Assembly (NCBI GenBank): GCA_965215015.1
Contig: OZ244042.1
Coordinates: forward strand, 1,152,001 to 1,216,000
Source of the DNA: Candidatus Poribacteria bacterium
Lineage (GTDB): Bacteria; Poribacteria; WGA-4E; PCPOR2b
Direction: 5' to 3'
DNA length: 64,000 bases
The notes under the pieces are model-generated. The model saw only the letters and a program-made list of their open reading frames with translations, made no database searches and had not been told where the DNA came from. Positions 31,601-41,743 of the stretch are shown here, piece after piece. Numbering within the stretch: position 1 is the stretch's first letter; the number at the start of each line of letters is the position of its first letter. The translations under genes and the position numbers were made by a program.

Positions 31601-34600
31601 CCAGTGTGGAATTGAAACCCGGTAGTGCCCGTGAAAGTAAACTTGAGATTCCCACTTCTAATCGAACCAGTGTGGAATTGAAACAAGACCAAACGACCTT
31701 TTTCGGACAACCCGGCCGTGCTTCTAATCGAACCAGTGTGGAATTGAAACCGGCACCACCAACAGTGATAGGCCACGATCCAACGGCTTCTAATCGAACC
31801 AGTGTGGAATTGAAACTGGTATATTCTGATACAATCCTTTTTCCTACATCTCCTTCTAATCGAACCAGTGTGGAATTGAAACATTGATAAGAAACTGACG
31901 AGCGGAAGGGAAGCCCCCTTCTAATCGAACCAGTGTGGAATTGAAACAGATTGGTGGGGAGCTCATCAAAGTCCATACTTCAACTTCTAATCGAACCAGT
32001 GTGGAATTGAAACCAATATCGATATGGCATGTATATGTTGTGTTATTGACTTCTAATCGAACCAGTGTGGAATTGAAACCAGAATTGAACGGATTGCACA
32101 GTGGTTTTTCATTATGCTTCTAATCGAACCAGTGTGGAATTGAAACCTTCAATGATCGCCCCTTCGGGTGACCTGAAGGTCTGCTTCTAATCGAACCAGT
32201 GTGGAATTGAAACACATTCACGAGGACAGGGAGCTCCTTGTTCCTGAATCCTTCTAATCGAACCAGTGTGGAATTGAAACACGGTATCTTGATGACTCGC
32301 TATCCGAGTCGAGTACTCTTCTAATCGAACCAGTGTGGAATTGAAACACGGCGTTAATCCGAGTTTACGCCGTTCCTCGTTGCTTCTAATCGAACCAGTG
32401 TGGAATTGAAACAAAAAAGGGCGTCAGGGCTTTGAAAAAGGCCCTGACTTCTAATCGAACCAGTGTGGAATTGAAACTGAATCCAGACTCTTCGAGTTGC
32501 CAGTTTAAAAGTGCCTTCTAATCGAACCAGTGTGGAATTGAAACCAAGTATCACGAAAAGGGCACGTCTCGTATGCCTGCACTTCTAATCGAACCAGTGT
32601 GGAATTGAAACAGGTAGAATATGATACTCATGTCTAGTCTCCTTCTACTTTTAATCGAACCAGTGTGGAATTGAAACTCTGATTGAAACTCTTTGATCAT
32701 ACCCGCTAGCCGCTTTTAATCGAACCAGTGTGGAATTGAAACAATCAAACGGATAATCTTGTCGACGACGACGTCGCTACTTTTAATCGAACCAGTGTGG
32801 AATTGAAACTAGATGCCGCCGAGCGTGAAATAACGCCCGTTCCTCACTTTTAATCGAACCAGTGTGGAATTGAAACATTTCAGGGGTGTTGATTCTGGCA
32901 AGCCTAATACTACTTTTAATCGAACCAGTGTGGAATTGAAACTACCTAACTTGCAGCGTCGCACCGATCTTGGTAGCTCTTTTAATCGAACCAGTGTGGA
33001 ATTGAAACGGGCGAGGGCGGTATCAGTCCGACCACCTGGAATGACTTTTAATCGAACCAGTGTGGAATTGAAACCAAAGGAGGTGTCAGCATGAAAGGGA
33101 CGGCAGTCTACTTTTAATCGAACCAGTGTGGAATTGAAACGGAGGTTGTATGTCCAGAGGTAATCCTCGTAGTCAGCTTTTAATCGAACCAGTGTGGAAT
33201 TGAAACACGGTAGGCAAGAGACGGGTTGGCTTGATCGCTGCGCTTTTAATCGAACCAGTGTGGAATTGAAACAAACTTGTTGACTTGAGAACGGGGTGGG
33301 CAAGATTCATCTTTTAATCGAACCAGTGTGGAATTGAAACGACTTTTTGTTACCACTTTTCCCTAGCTTCCCAACACTTTTAATCGAACCAGTGTGGAAT
33401 TGAAACTAGTATGGAAGAGTTTTGCACGCAATACAACAATAACTTTTAATCGAACCAGTGTGGAATTGAAACACATCGTATAAAACTTCATTACCGCGTC
33501 TTCAAATTTTCTTTTAATCGAACCAGTGTGGAATTGAAACTTGTTATCTCCTCTTGGAATGTAGCCTGTATCTTCTACTTTTAATCGAACCAGTGTGGAA
33601 TTGAAACTGTATTAAATCCTTGTAAGACATATATTCTCCTATCTTTTAATCGAACCAGTGTGGAATTGAAACGAGAGATTATCCACCAATTGCCGCGTAG
33701 AAGATACCTTTTAATCGAACCAGTGTGGAATTGAAACGATAAACTCAACGGTCATTTGCTGGTTCTCAACAGTCTTTTAATCGAACCAGTGTGGAATTGA
33801 AACGTTTCTTCCTTACCGCCCCGCTCGACCGCCTAAACCCTTTTAATCGAACCAGTGTGGAATTGAAACTGTTTCATCTAGGAAGTTGATGGTTTTCGTG
33901 TCAGACTTTTAATCGAACCAGTGTGGAATTGAAACTAGTGTCCAGAACTGCAATATGGAAACTCAACATCGGCTTTTAATCGAACCAGGGTGGAATTGAA
34001 ACCGGATGCGGGTCAATCGACCGTCCGCAGCCGTGGCACTTTTAATCGAACCAGTGTGGAATTGAAACGGTGCATGCCTTGGTAGAAGATTCGGCCACTG
34101 GTTCCTTTTAATCGAACCAGTGTGGAATTGAAACTGTTCATTATTGTGTCTCCATCATAGACCTGTGTGTCTTTTAATCGAACCAGTGTGGAATTGAAAC
34201 ATTGAACGGTGCACCGCGTTTAGAGACGGGAAGGAACTTTTAATCGAACCAGTGTGGAATTGAAACAATCAAGCGTAAACCGAAAAGGCGACGGAAGCTT
34301 TGACTTTTAATCGAACCAGTGTGGAATTGAAACACCTTCACTCCAGGTTGTAAGGGATTTATTACCCTTGCTTTTAATCGAACCAGTGTGGAATTGAAAC
34401 GGGTGGAGTGTGATGTGAAGGTTGGTTATCGTTGGTACTTTTAATCGAACCAGTGTGGAATTGAAACCTGTTCGGTTAGAATCTTTCAGCAAGACCTGAC
34501 TTACTTTTAATCGAACCAGTGTGGAATTGAAACCATCGCTGCAATCTGAAAGCGATCGATTTGTTGCCTCCTTTTAATCGAACCAGTGTGGAATTGAAAC

Positions 34601-35329
34601 ATGGCGAGCGATTCGTGAGTGCGATGATACTGCCCGCTTTTAATCGAACCAGTGTGGAATTGAAACACACTTCTTGCTTGACTTATTCAATTCATCGATG
34701 AGCTTTTAATCGAACCAGTGTGGAATTGAAACGGGCGAGCTCCTGCTCTTCATGAGAGTGCGACTCCCACTTTTAATCGAACCAGTGTGGAATTGAAACT
34801 GCAACTCCTCCAACCTATCCGCTTCATATTCTGCCCTTTTAATCGAACCAGTGTGGAATTGAAACAGGGAAATCGTAGAAAACCGAAGGTATCTTGACCG
34901 ACTTTTAATCGAACCAGTGTGGAATTGAAACCCAGCTATCTTGATCTCTTCACGCTTGGCAAGTAAACTTTTAATCGAACCAGTGTGGAATTGAAACAAA
35001 CTTAGATGTCCGTAAGCAACGGGACCCACCAGTGCTTTTAATCGAACCAGTGTGGAATTGAAACTTGCTTGTTTATACATCTCATCGTTGGTGAGTCGTA
35101 CTTTTAATCGAACCAGTGTGGAATTGAAACTTTACTGTACAAAAAAAAGGGACGAGATAGCGTGGTCTTCTAATCGAACCAGTGTGGAATTGAAACCCGA
35201 AGTCGTCGATCAGGATGTCGTCCTCGTTCACTCTTCTAATCGAACCAGTGTGGAATTGAAACGGGTGTGGGAGGAACATGATTGGAATATCATAGACTGC
35301 TTTTAATCGAACCAGTGTGGAATTAAAAC
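19658..35329 (+). CRISPR. CRISPR array, about 236 repeats CTT(T/C)TAATCGAACCAGTGTGGAATTGAAAC (30 bp), spacers mostly 33-39 nt
   Basis: About 66-bp periodicity; ATTGAAAC 3' handle; leader on the cas2 side; degenerate terminal repeat (AATTAAAAC) at 35300-35329. Confidence 0.99.
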
Positions 35330-35371
35330 AAAAAGAGCCGATGGAACGGGAGAGTTCCATCGGCTCTTTTT
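35330..35371. terminator. Bidirectional intrinsic terminator between the array and the convergent CARF-RelE gene
   Basis: AAAAAGAGCCGATGGAAC-GGGAGA-GTTCCATCGGCTCTTTTT perfect stem with A/T tails. Confidence 0.85.
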
Positions 35372-35411
35372 ATTGTACGCTATAGGATAGTTTTAGATAG
35401 TTTCCTCAATA

Positions 35412-36557
35412 CTACGGATTTTTGTACACGTAGTCATGACCCCCATAATGCCGCAGGATTAATCCACCTTCTTCAGCAACCGTGCAACTGACACGGCTAG
35501 CTTGGGTAATACGGAACGTGTGGATACCAGCTTTTCCTTCTGCCCCCTGAAGCTTTTCATAATTCAGGGCACCTCCTGTAAGACCGCTAGTATGCCCCCC
35601 ATCTTTTTCAAGGATATATGCAACCTTTGCTAAAGTTTCTTGCAGTTTGAGACGTGCCTTGGGGGCTTTCTCACGGTTGAAGTCACTACGGAAACTTACC
35701 GCGTACTCCAATCGTGGGAACAGCAATAGCTCTTCTCCCAACAAATCCACTTTGGCTCGGTTCCAAATCAAGGTTCCCCACGCCGATAGTCCTGTATCCG
35801 TTTCGTCATCGCCTTCCTCCAGAAATTCAAGCAGCGTCTCTGGGATGCCGTCAAGCTCTCGACGCGGATACAATTTTCCAGCAGCCATCAACGCAAATTC
35901 CGTCCGATATTCCTGAATTACAGTGGTATCAATCTGAATTGGCAGGCGCGGAATCGTGATTAAGCCCGCAGCTTCCGCCTCAAAGATGTAGATTACCTCA
36001 TCGGCGTAGAACGCGCCGAAAGTATGCATGTAGCCTTGCAGGCTTTTGAATCCGCCGACAAGGTTGAAAATCACACGATAGCCACTGTTCCGTCGCCACG
36101 GTACGTTCTCCTCCAGCCACCGAATGAGTGCCTTTGTCCCTGCGGTGAAAGCAGCAGTATCTTGTGTCGAAAGCCCTTCAGGGGTGTAGATGCCTACGCT
36201 AAACCCCTGCGCCTTAAGAAAGTCCTTAATCAGTTCGCCCGTTCTTTGTCCCTGTGCGGTATCGGTGCAGATGAGATAGTGTTGATCGAGACTGTTTTGC
36301 GGCAGTCTACCATTGTATATGCCATAGATGCCGTTCAGTTCGGCACTGATTCGACGGTTGGGTTGCGGGTCATCTTGCAGGAGTTTATCGAGTGCCCGAT
36401 CAGCAAGTGTATCAATCACCGCTTCCGCCTCCGAATCCAATTCATCCCTTTTGCGGTTTGCTGAATCGCGCAGCAGTTCCCTCCATTCACTGGGATCATC
36501 CTCACGGATTTGGTTGTTCAGGCTGCTCGTCCCGACGGTCGATAAAATGAAACGCAT
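35412..36557 (-). CDS. cami1: CARF (APE2256-type)-RelE fusion, Cami1-like cOA-activated mRNA interferase
   Basis: ILSTVGTS, SAELNG, TDTAQG, FNLVGGFK, YIFE CARF motifs; C-terminal LNYEKLQG..HTFRIT..RV..LRHYGGHD RelE/ParE-like domain; GGAGGT SD before ATG 36557. Confidence 0.8.
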   Translation of the reverse strand: MRFILSTVGTSSLNNQIREDDPSEWRELLRDSANRKRDELDSEAEAVIDTLADRALDKLLQDDPQPNRRISAELNGIYGIYNGRLPQNSLDQHYLICTDTAQGQRTGELIKDFLKAQGFSVGIYTPEGLSTQDTAAFTAGTKALIRWLEENVPWRRNSGYRVIFNLVGGFKSLQGYMHTFGAFYADEVIYIFEAEAAGLITIPRLPIQIDTTVIQEYRTEFALMAAGKLYPRRELDGIPETLLEFLEEGDDETDTGLSAWGTLIWNRAKVDLLGEELLLFPRLEYAVSFRSDFNREKAPKARLKLQETLAKVAYILEKDGGHTSGLTGGALNYEKLQGAEGKAGIHTFRITQASRVSCTVAEEGGLILRHYGGHDYVYKNP

Positions 36558-36639
36558 GGTCGGACCTCCAAATGTTTGAGGGGTGTGCATAATTCGAGAC
36601 ACATGATAGCGGAATTCGAGCGAGGGTGCCCGGGTCAAT

Positions 36640-36688
36640 CTAGGGGCTTGGTTTCCAAGCCCAACGGGTTGGGAGCTCCACCCCTACG
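36640..36688. repeat. REP doublet
   Basis: TAGGGGCTTGGTTTCCAAGCCC..GGGTTGGGAGCTCCACCCCTAC. Confidence 0.6.
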
Positions 36689-36823
36689 CATGGAGGGGTG
36701 TTGAGAAGTATACATGTCAAAACCTATTTATGAGCACCCCTCAATTATTTAAAATATATTCAGAAAATAAATTTAAGAGACAACAACTGTATGTTTGACC
36801 TGCTGAGGTTATAACAGCAATGA

Positions 36824-38188
36824 TTAACGCTCCTGAAACCGAAACGCAAATAGATCCACGTCCTTGAGGGCGAAACGTAACCGCACCGGCTGACCTGCCA
36901 GCGAGCGCGCATCTGCCCCTCCCTCCCACTTCACCACACCGTCAATCTCGTCACCGAATATCTCGGGGCAATCATCCAGTGTGAAGCCCGGCTGCGGATG
37001 CCCTTCCGTATCTTGAATCTCAACCCGAACAAATCCCACCGCCGAGGTCGAAAAGTTCAATCTTAGTGCCTCGCCTGTGAAAACCAACGGGCGGGTCGTG
37101 AACTCACCGCCGGCGTAGCCTGCGCGGACCGACACGAACCCGTCGGTTCGGATCGAGAATCGACGAATATGAACGGTCGGCAGCCGCCAGTTTGCCATAC
37201 TGTAGAGCGAGAGTTCTTCAGGCGAGGTTTGTAGGATACCCCGCTCCATGTAAATCCCACGCTCATGCCAGTTGCCCCCATCGAGGCCGGGACGGATAAA
37301 AGCCTCCATGAAGCTGCGATCGAAGTGGAGCCCATCGCGGCTGGACATAAGCACAATGTCATTTACGCCTGGACCGTATTCCCAATTCGGGATCGGCTCG
37401 CGTTCTGGCACAAAGCGCGCAGGAAACATCAGGTACATCCCCGGCGCTCGCTCGTAGGATACACAGGCGTTAGTGTAGAGATGTTCAAAGGGAGTCTCGC
37501 CGGCGTCAATCGGTTCGAGCGGTGTCCAACGGCGAAAGTCTTTAGACGTTGTGCGACGAATCCAGCGCACTCCATTTTTAAAGTTGCCCCTACCTGCCAC
37601 CCCCCGCGTGTAGGCAACATATTCCTCCCGTTCCGTGTCCCAAAAGGCGATATTGTGCGAATCAAAGGGTCGATCGGTCAGGATTGGTGAGTCCTGCATC
37701 AGTTGCCAACGGAGCCCGTCCGGCGAGACCAACGCGAGTATATCGCTGGTACGCACGATGGCTTTGTACCGTTCTTCGTCCGACACGTCGGGGTTCAAAT
37801 CGAGAAACGGTGACATATTGTTGCCCGGTCCCGTCCAAACAAGGTTATTATCCTTTGAGCCTTGAAATTCAATCAATCCGAGTCGTGGCTTCTCCCAGTG
37901 AATTCCGTCCGTGCTTTCAGCGTAGGCGATGAGCGGCTGACGCTCACCCCGGATTGGCATCTCCTGATCGCAGCGATACCACGCGCGGAAGCGATCGCCG
38001 TCACGGAAGGTCACCATGTAAGAAACACCGCCCCGTTCCCACGGTTGTTCAGGGGCAATTACAATCTCACGACGCCCCGGCTCATGCAACCGCCGCGTGA
38101 CATCTTTCGCCTCAGTGATCCAGAAATCGTCCACAAATAATTGACGGTCTGTGCCGATGTGGATACTGTCATTATCGTGTGGTGCCAT
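36824..38188 (-). CDS. Hypothetical beta-propeller (GH32/GH43-like fold) protein
   Basis: RQLFVDD, AYAESTDGIHWEKP, repeated SxDG..W boxes, RTDGFVSV..GEFTTRPL. Confidence 0.7.
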   Translation of the reverse strand: MAPHDNDSIHIGTDRQLFVDDFWITEAKDVTRRLHEPGRREIVIAPEQPWERGGVSYMVTFRDGDRFRAWYRCDQEMPIRGERQPLIAYAESTDGIHWEKPRLGLIEFQGSKDNNLVWTGPGNNMSPFLDLNPDVSDEERYKAIVRTSDILALVSPDGLRWQLMQDSPILTDRPFDSHNIAFWDTEREEYVAYTRGVAGRGNFKNGVRWIRRTTSKDFRRWTPLEPIDAGETPFEHLYTNACVSYERAPGMYLMFPARFVPEREPIPNWEYGPGVNDIVLMSSRDGLHFDRSFMEAFIRPGLDGGNWHERGIYMERGILQTSPEELSLYSMANWRLPTVHIRRFSIRTDGFVSVRAGYAGGEFTTRPLVFTGEALRLNFSTSAVGFVRVEIQDTEGHPQPGFTLDDCPEIFGDEIDGVVKWEGGADARSLAGQPVRLRFALKDVDLFAFRFQER

Positions 38189-38471
38189 TTTAGCCTCTAT
38201 AAATTGATGGTTATGACTCCTGCTTTCTGCTATAATTATAGTAGTAGACATCCTCCGTATGCCGTTCCCCCTTCCCCGTTAAGGCCCCCCCCGCAAGGAG
38301 GGACGCAACCCGGTGGGGTGCCCGTCAATTCCTGGCTCATCGAGTCTGTCTCCCCCTGCTTGCGGGGGGATTAAGGGGGGTGCCTTTGTCCCCCCGCAAG
38401 TAGGGGAAGAGTACCGTGTGGGTATTCGGGATTAGAGGGGGGTGACGGCACCTATTACTTTGAGGAATATC

Positions 38472-39929
38472 ATGTCCCAATCGCGTCCCAATATTATCCT
38501 GATAATGTGCGATCAGATGCGCTGGGATGCCGCTGGCTTCGCAGGGAGTTCAATTGTCCAGACGCCGCATCTAGATCACTTGGCTCAAAGCGGGATCTGC
38601 TTTGAAAATGCCTACTGTGCCTCCCCAGTCTGTTCACCCGCCCGCGCCAGTTGGCTGACGGGACTCTACCCCCACGCCCATCTGCAACTGAAAAATTACG
38701 GTCCCGGCTCAATTGGCAAATGGGGTAGCTACCTGCCCCCTGACCGCGTGACCATCGGCGATGTCCTCAAATCCGCCGGATATCGCTGCGGCATGGTCGG
38801 ACCGTGGCATCTTGGGAACGATCACCTTCCCCAGCATGGATTCGACGATTTCTGGTGCGCCTATCGCTATCTCGGCAAAGACTACCCCGATCCGCTCTTT
38901 GATTCTTTTGATCGCGCGAGAGTTCCCAATCTCTACCTCAAAGACGCCGAAGGGATGACACAGTACGGAAACACGCTGGAGTTTGGGGTAATCACTGACC
39001 CCCGACAGCAGCGCACCACCTGGACGATAGATCGATCCCTTGAATTTATCCGGCAGCCGCACGATGCCCCCTTCTTCCTGTTCGTAAGTGTCAAGGACCC
39101 GCACCCGCGCGTCTTGGTCCCACCTGAACTGCTTGAACTTTATCCAGAAGACCAGATACCGCTACCCACTTCGTTTCGGGATACCCTCAGGGGCAAGCCC
39201 GCTTTCCAAGCGCGTGCAAAGTTTCGCATCCCCCCAACCGTGACCGATGATCAATTTCGTCGGGTAATCGCGTACTATTACGCCCTAATCACGCATATTG
39301 ACGCACAGGTTGACCGTCTACTCCGTGCCCTTGAGATACAAGGCATCACTCAGAATACAATTGTAGCCTTTATCAGCGATCACGGTGAGATGCTCGGCGA
39401 CCACGGTTTCACGGAGAAGTGTCTCATGTATGAGGCGTCGGTGCGTGTGCCGTGTCTACTCTCTTGGGACGGAACCTTACCTGCGAACACACGGGTGAAA
39501 ACACCCTTGGCTGGCGTTGACCTAATGCCGACCCTTCTTGAGCTAGCAGGAGAGGAACCACCACCGATTGATGGACGCTCTGTCGCCGCGGCAATTCTCG
39601 CGGGCAGAGAACCCATCCCACAGCCAATCTTTGCCGAGATTGCCAGCAATGAAGCGATTTATCGCGGTGCACAAGATCTGGAACAGTTAGCTGCTCACGT
39701 GATGGTCCACGATGGACGGTGGAAATATATCCGTAACCGCTTTGATCTTGATGAGTTGTATGATTTGGAGACAGATGCAGACGAAATGCGAAACCTCGCT
39801 GTCCAGTCCGAACATCGTGAACGGATAGATTCGATGCGCCGTCAAATCGCTGAGATGGTGCGCCATACCGGTCCCGGCCCTTACGACTGGTGTTTATCTG
39901 ATGGCGACGGGACGGCTGCAGCTCAATAG
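38472..39929 (+). CDS. Sulfatase
   Basis: PNIILIMCDQ, CSPARAS formylglycine motif, SDHG, ELYDL..D..E..NL. Confidence 0.93.
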   Translation: MSQSRPNIILIMCDQMRWDAAGFAGSSIVQTPHLDHLAQSGICFENAYCASPVCSPARASWLTGLYPHAHLQLKNYGPGSIGKWGSYLPPDRVTIGDVLKSAGYRCGMVGPWHLGNDHLPQHGFDDFWCAYRYLGKDYPDPLFDSFDRARVPNLYLKDAEGMTQYGNTLEFGVITDPRQQRTTWTIDRSLEFIRQPHDAPFFLFVSVKDPHPRVLVPPELLELYPEDQIPLPTSFRDTLRGKPAFQARAKFRIPPTVTDDQFRRVIAYYYALITHIDAQVDRLLRALEIQGITQNTIVAFISDHGEMLGDHGFTEKCLMYEASVRVPCLLSWDGTLPANTRVKTPLAGVDLMPTLLELAGEEPPPIDGRSVAAAILAGREPIPQPIFAEIASNEAIYRGAQDLEQLAAHVMVHDGRWKYIRNRFDLDELYDLETDADEMRNLAVQSEHRERIDSMRRQIAEMVRHTGPGPYDWCLSDGDGTAAAQ

Positions 39930-40735
39930 ACGGCAACTTCGCAAAATTCAAAAAGCTTCCGTGCTCGCTCTGACAATCCCTCGTACGTCTCCGGCGGCAC
40001 TTTCATCGCATGACCGATGCTAATCCACGCCAGTCCGTAGCAGACCACAATTTCGGGGCGCGGTCCATTGGAGGTGTTGGGGGTGCCACGATGCAGGGTG
40101 CGAACATCCTGTATCCACATCGTGCCTTTTTTCATGTTGAGTCGACGGGCGGACGGAAAATTGCCTTGCGTCAGCACTTCATCGTAACGTCCCTCTAGGT
40201 CGGGATTGGCGATGTACTGCGTTGATGGCAACACCTCGATGCTACCATTCTCCTCTGAAGTATCCACAAGCGGAAACTTGATGCCCAATATCGGACAGGT
40301 ATCTAGCCCGACATGTGGAATCTCGCGTGCCAGTCCGGTGTCTCGGTGCCAACGCTGAAACTCGCTTCCCGGATAAGGGTTATTCGAGTGGAAACACTTG
40401 ATGTAGAAGTCGTCCTTGCCCCAATAACGCTTGAGGAACTCCAGAATGACCGGATTCTCGTACACCTCCGGATCGGCGAACGGCGGCACCCACGGAAGGG
40501 TCAGCGTGTAGCGGTTGATGACCTGTTGGCGACCAAAGCCTGTGCGCAAGTTGCCCCATTCTTTCTCGGCGAAGTCGGTTTCGCGCGTCCTGACATGTTC
40601 CAGCATCGGTATGAACGCCTCTCGGATGCGATCTACGATCTCGACAGACAACACATCCTCAATCACCGCATAGCCGTTGATCCTGAACTCGGCTATCTTT
40701 AGATCGAAATCTATGTCTTCACATCGTGCAGTCAT
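39923..40735 (-). CDS. Phytanoyl-CoA dioxygenase (PhyH) family protein
   Basis: NGYAVIEDVL, QRWHRD, ENGSIEVLPS, LHRGTPN. Confidence 0.88.
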   Translation of the reverse strand: MTARCEDIDFDLKIAEFRINGYAVIEDVLSVEIVDRIREAFIPMLEHVRTRETDFAEKEWGNLRTGFGRQQVINRYTLTLPWVPPFADPEVYENPVILEFLKRYWGKDDFYIKCFHSNNPYPGSEFQRWHRDTGLAREIPHVGLDTCPILGIKFPLVDTSEENGSIEVLPSTQYIANPDLEGRYDEVLTQGNFPSARRLNMKKGTMWIQDVRTLHRGTPNTSNGPRPEIVVCYGLAWISIGHAMKVPPETYEGLSERARKLFEFCEVAVY

Positions 40736-41086
40736 GGATCCTCCGTTGATAGTAGTAGGGATACGCCGTATGCCGTAACCTCTGTTTGCTTACATCCCCA
40801 GCGAGACGACAGTATCGTAGGTTGGGTTGAACGGTTGAAAGTGCCTATCTACCAAAGAGAGTCGAGCTTTTCTCTCAACGCCACATTCTCACAGACAGCG
40901 AGAGTGAAACCCAACACTCACGAATTTAATTGTATCATAGGACGTTCCGGCGCGTCCAGAAAAATAGGGGAGAGCGGATCTGCGTTTCTGTGTGTCGATT
41001 TTCTGGATTTGTGCTATTATAATTATATTAGATATTCCGATTCGGGGTGGGAGATAGACATAACCTAAAAAAAGGGGAAAGAGGTT

Positions 41087-41295
41087 ATGCGACACGAAAA
41101 ATGGAAATGTCCCAAATGCGACAATGATGAGTTCGAGACAGATATTTTCCAAGCACAGGTGGTACGCTTGCCAAGCTGTTTGATGTCCAAAACCGGAAGT
41201 TTACGACTGTTTCATGTATGCAATGCCAATACACCGAAGTCTACAAAGCAGAAACCTCACGCCTAAGTAACATCTTCGATTTCTTTACCAGTTAG
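41087..41295 (+). pseudogene. Small zinc-ribbon protein (DUF2082/YpzJ-like) with a 1-nt frameshift
   Basis: MRHEKWKCPKCDNDEFETDIFQA, then in a shifted frame TGGTLAKLFDVQNRKFTTVSCMQCQYTEVYK..IFDFFTS*; length 209 nt. Confidence 0.75.
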
Positions 41296-41314
41296 CATTG
41301 GGAGGTAGTTTCTG

Positions 41315-41716
41315 ATGAGAGGATTCACCGACGCTGAAAAACAGCAACTGCAAGCGAAAATTAAAGATGAGCGAGAACGGCAACGGGTGCTTAGGGAAAT
41401 CGTCCAAATCGAAAACGAAAAGGAATCAAAAAGGATGCGGGGTGTCATTTCAACAGCCTTAAGCTTTAAGTACGGTTTCCTAGTGCTTATTATTTGCCTG
41501 CTTGTCTGGGACGTGGGTTCCCTACTGAAGTGGCGGCATTTTGATTACGGTCAATACCCCGGCCTCATGATCGGGTTGACGCTACTATTTAATCACGTTG
41601 CGCTTCATTTCACAAAAAGAGGTTGGCCCAGTCGCGTAATGAAAACGATTGCGTGGATTTGGACAGTGTTTGTATGTATTTACCTGTTTTGGTTCTTTAA
41701 GACCGGGACCGCCTGA
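41315..41716 (+). CDS. Hypothetical membrane protein (coiled N-terminus, about 3 TM)
   Basis: GGAGG SD; hydrophobic segments. Confidence 0.7.
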   Translation: MRGFTDAEKQQLQAKIKDERERQRVLREIVQIENEKESKRMRGVISTALSFKYGFLVLIICLLVWDVGSLLKWRHFDYGQYPGLMIGLTLLFNHVALHFTKRGWPSRVMKTIAWIWTVFVCIYLFWFFKTGTA

Positions 41717-41743
41717 CATATCAGCGACGAGGACTGAGAAAAC

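Noticed and set aside
19885-35299. About a dozen spacers span an SD plus ATG (e.g. 26637, 29292, 32612, 33075, 33608)
   Set aside because: Roughly what gene-dense targets would give by chance; enrichment cannot be shown without the targets
19543-35360. Dozens of ORFs across the array with recurring FQFHTGSIK, FNSTLVRLK or FNRTSVELK peptides
   Set aside because: These are translations of the CRISPR repeat, not genes
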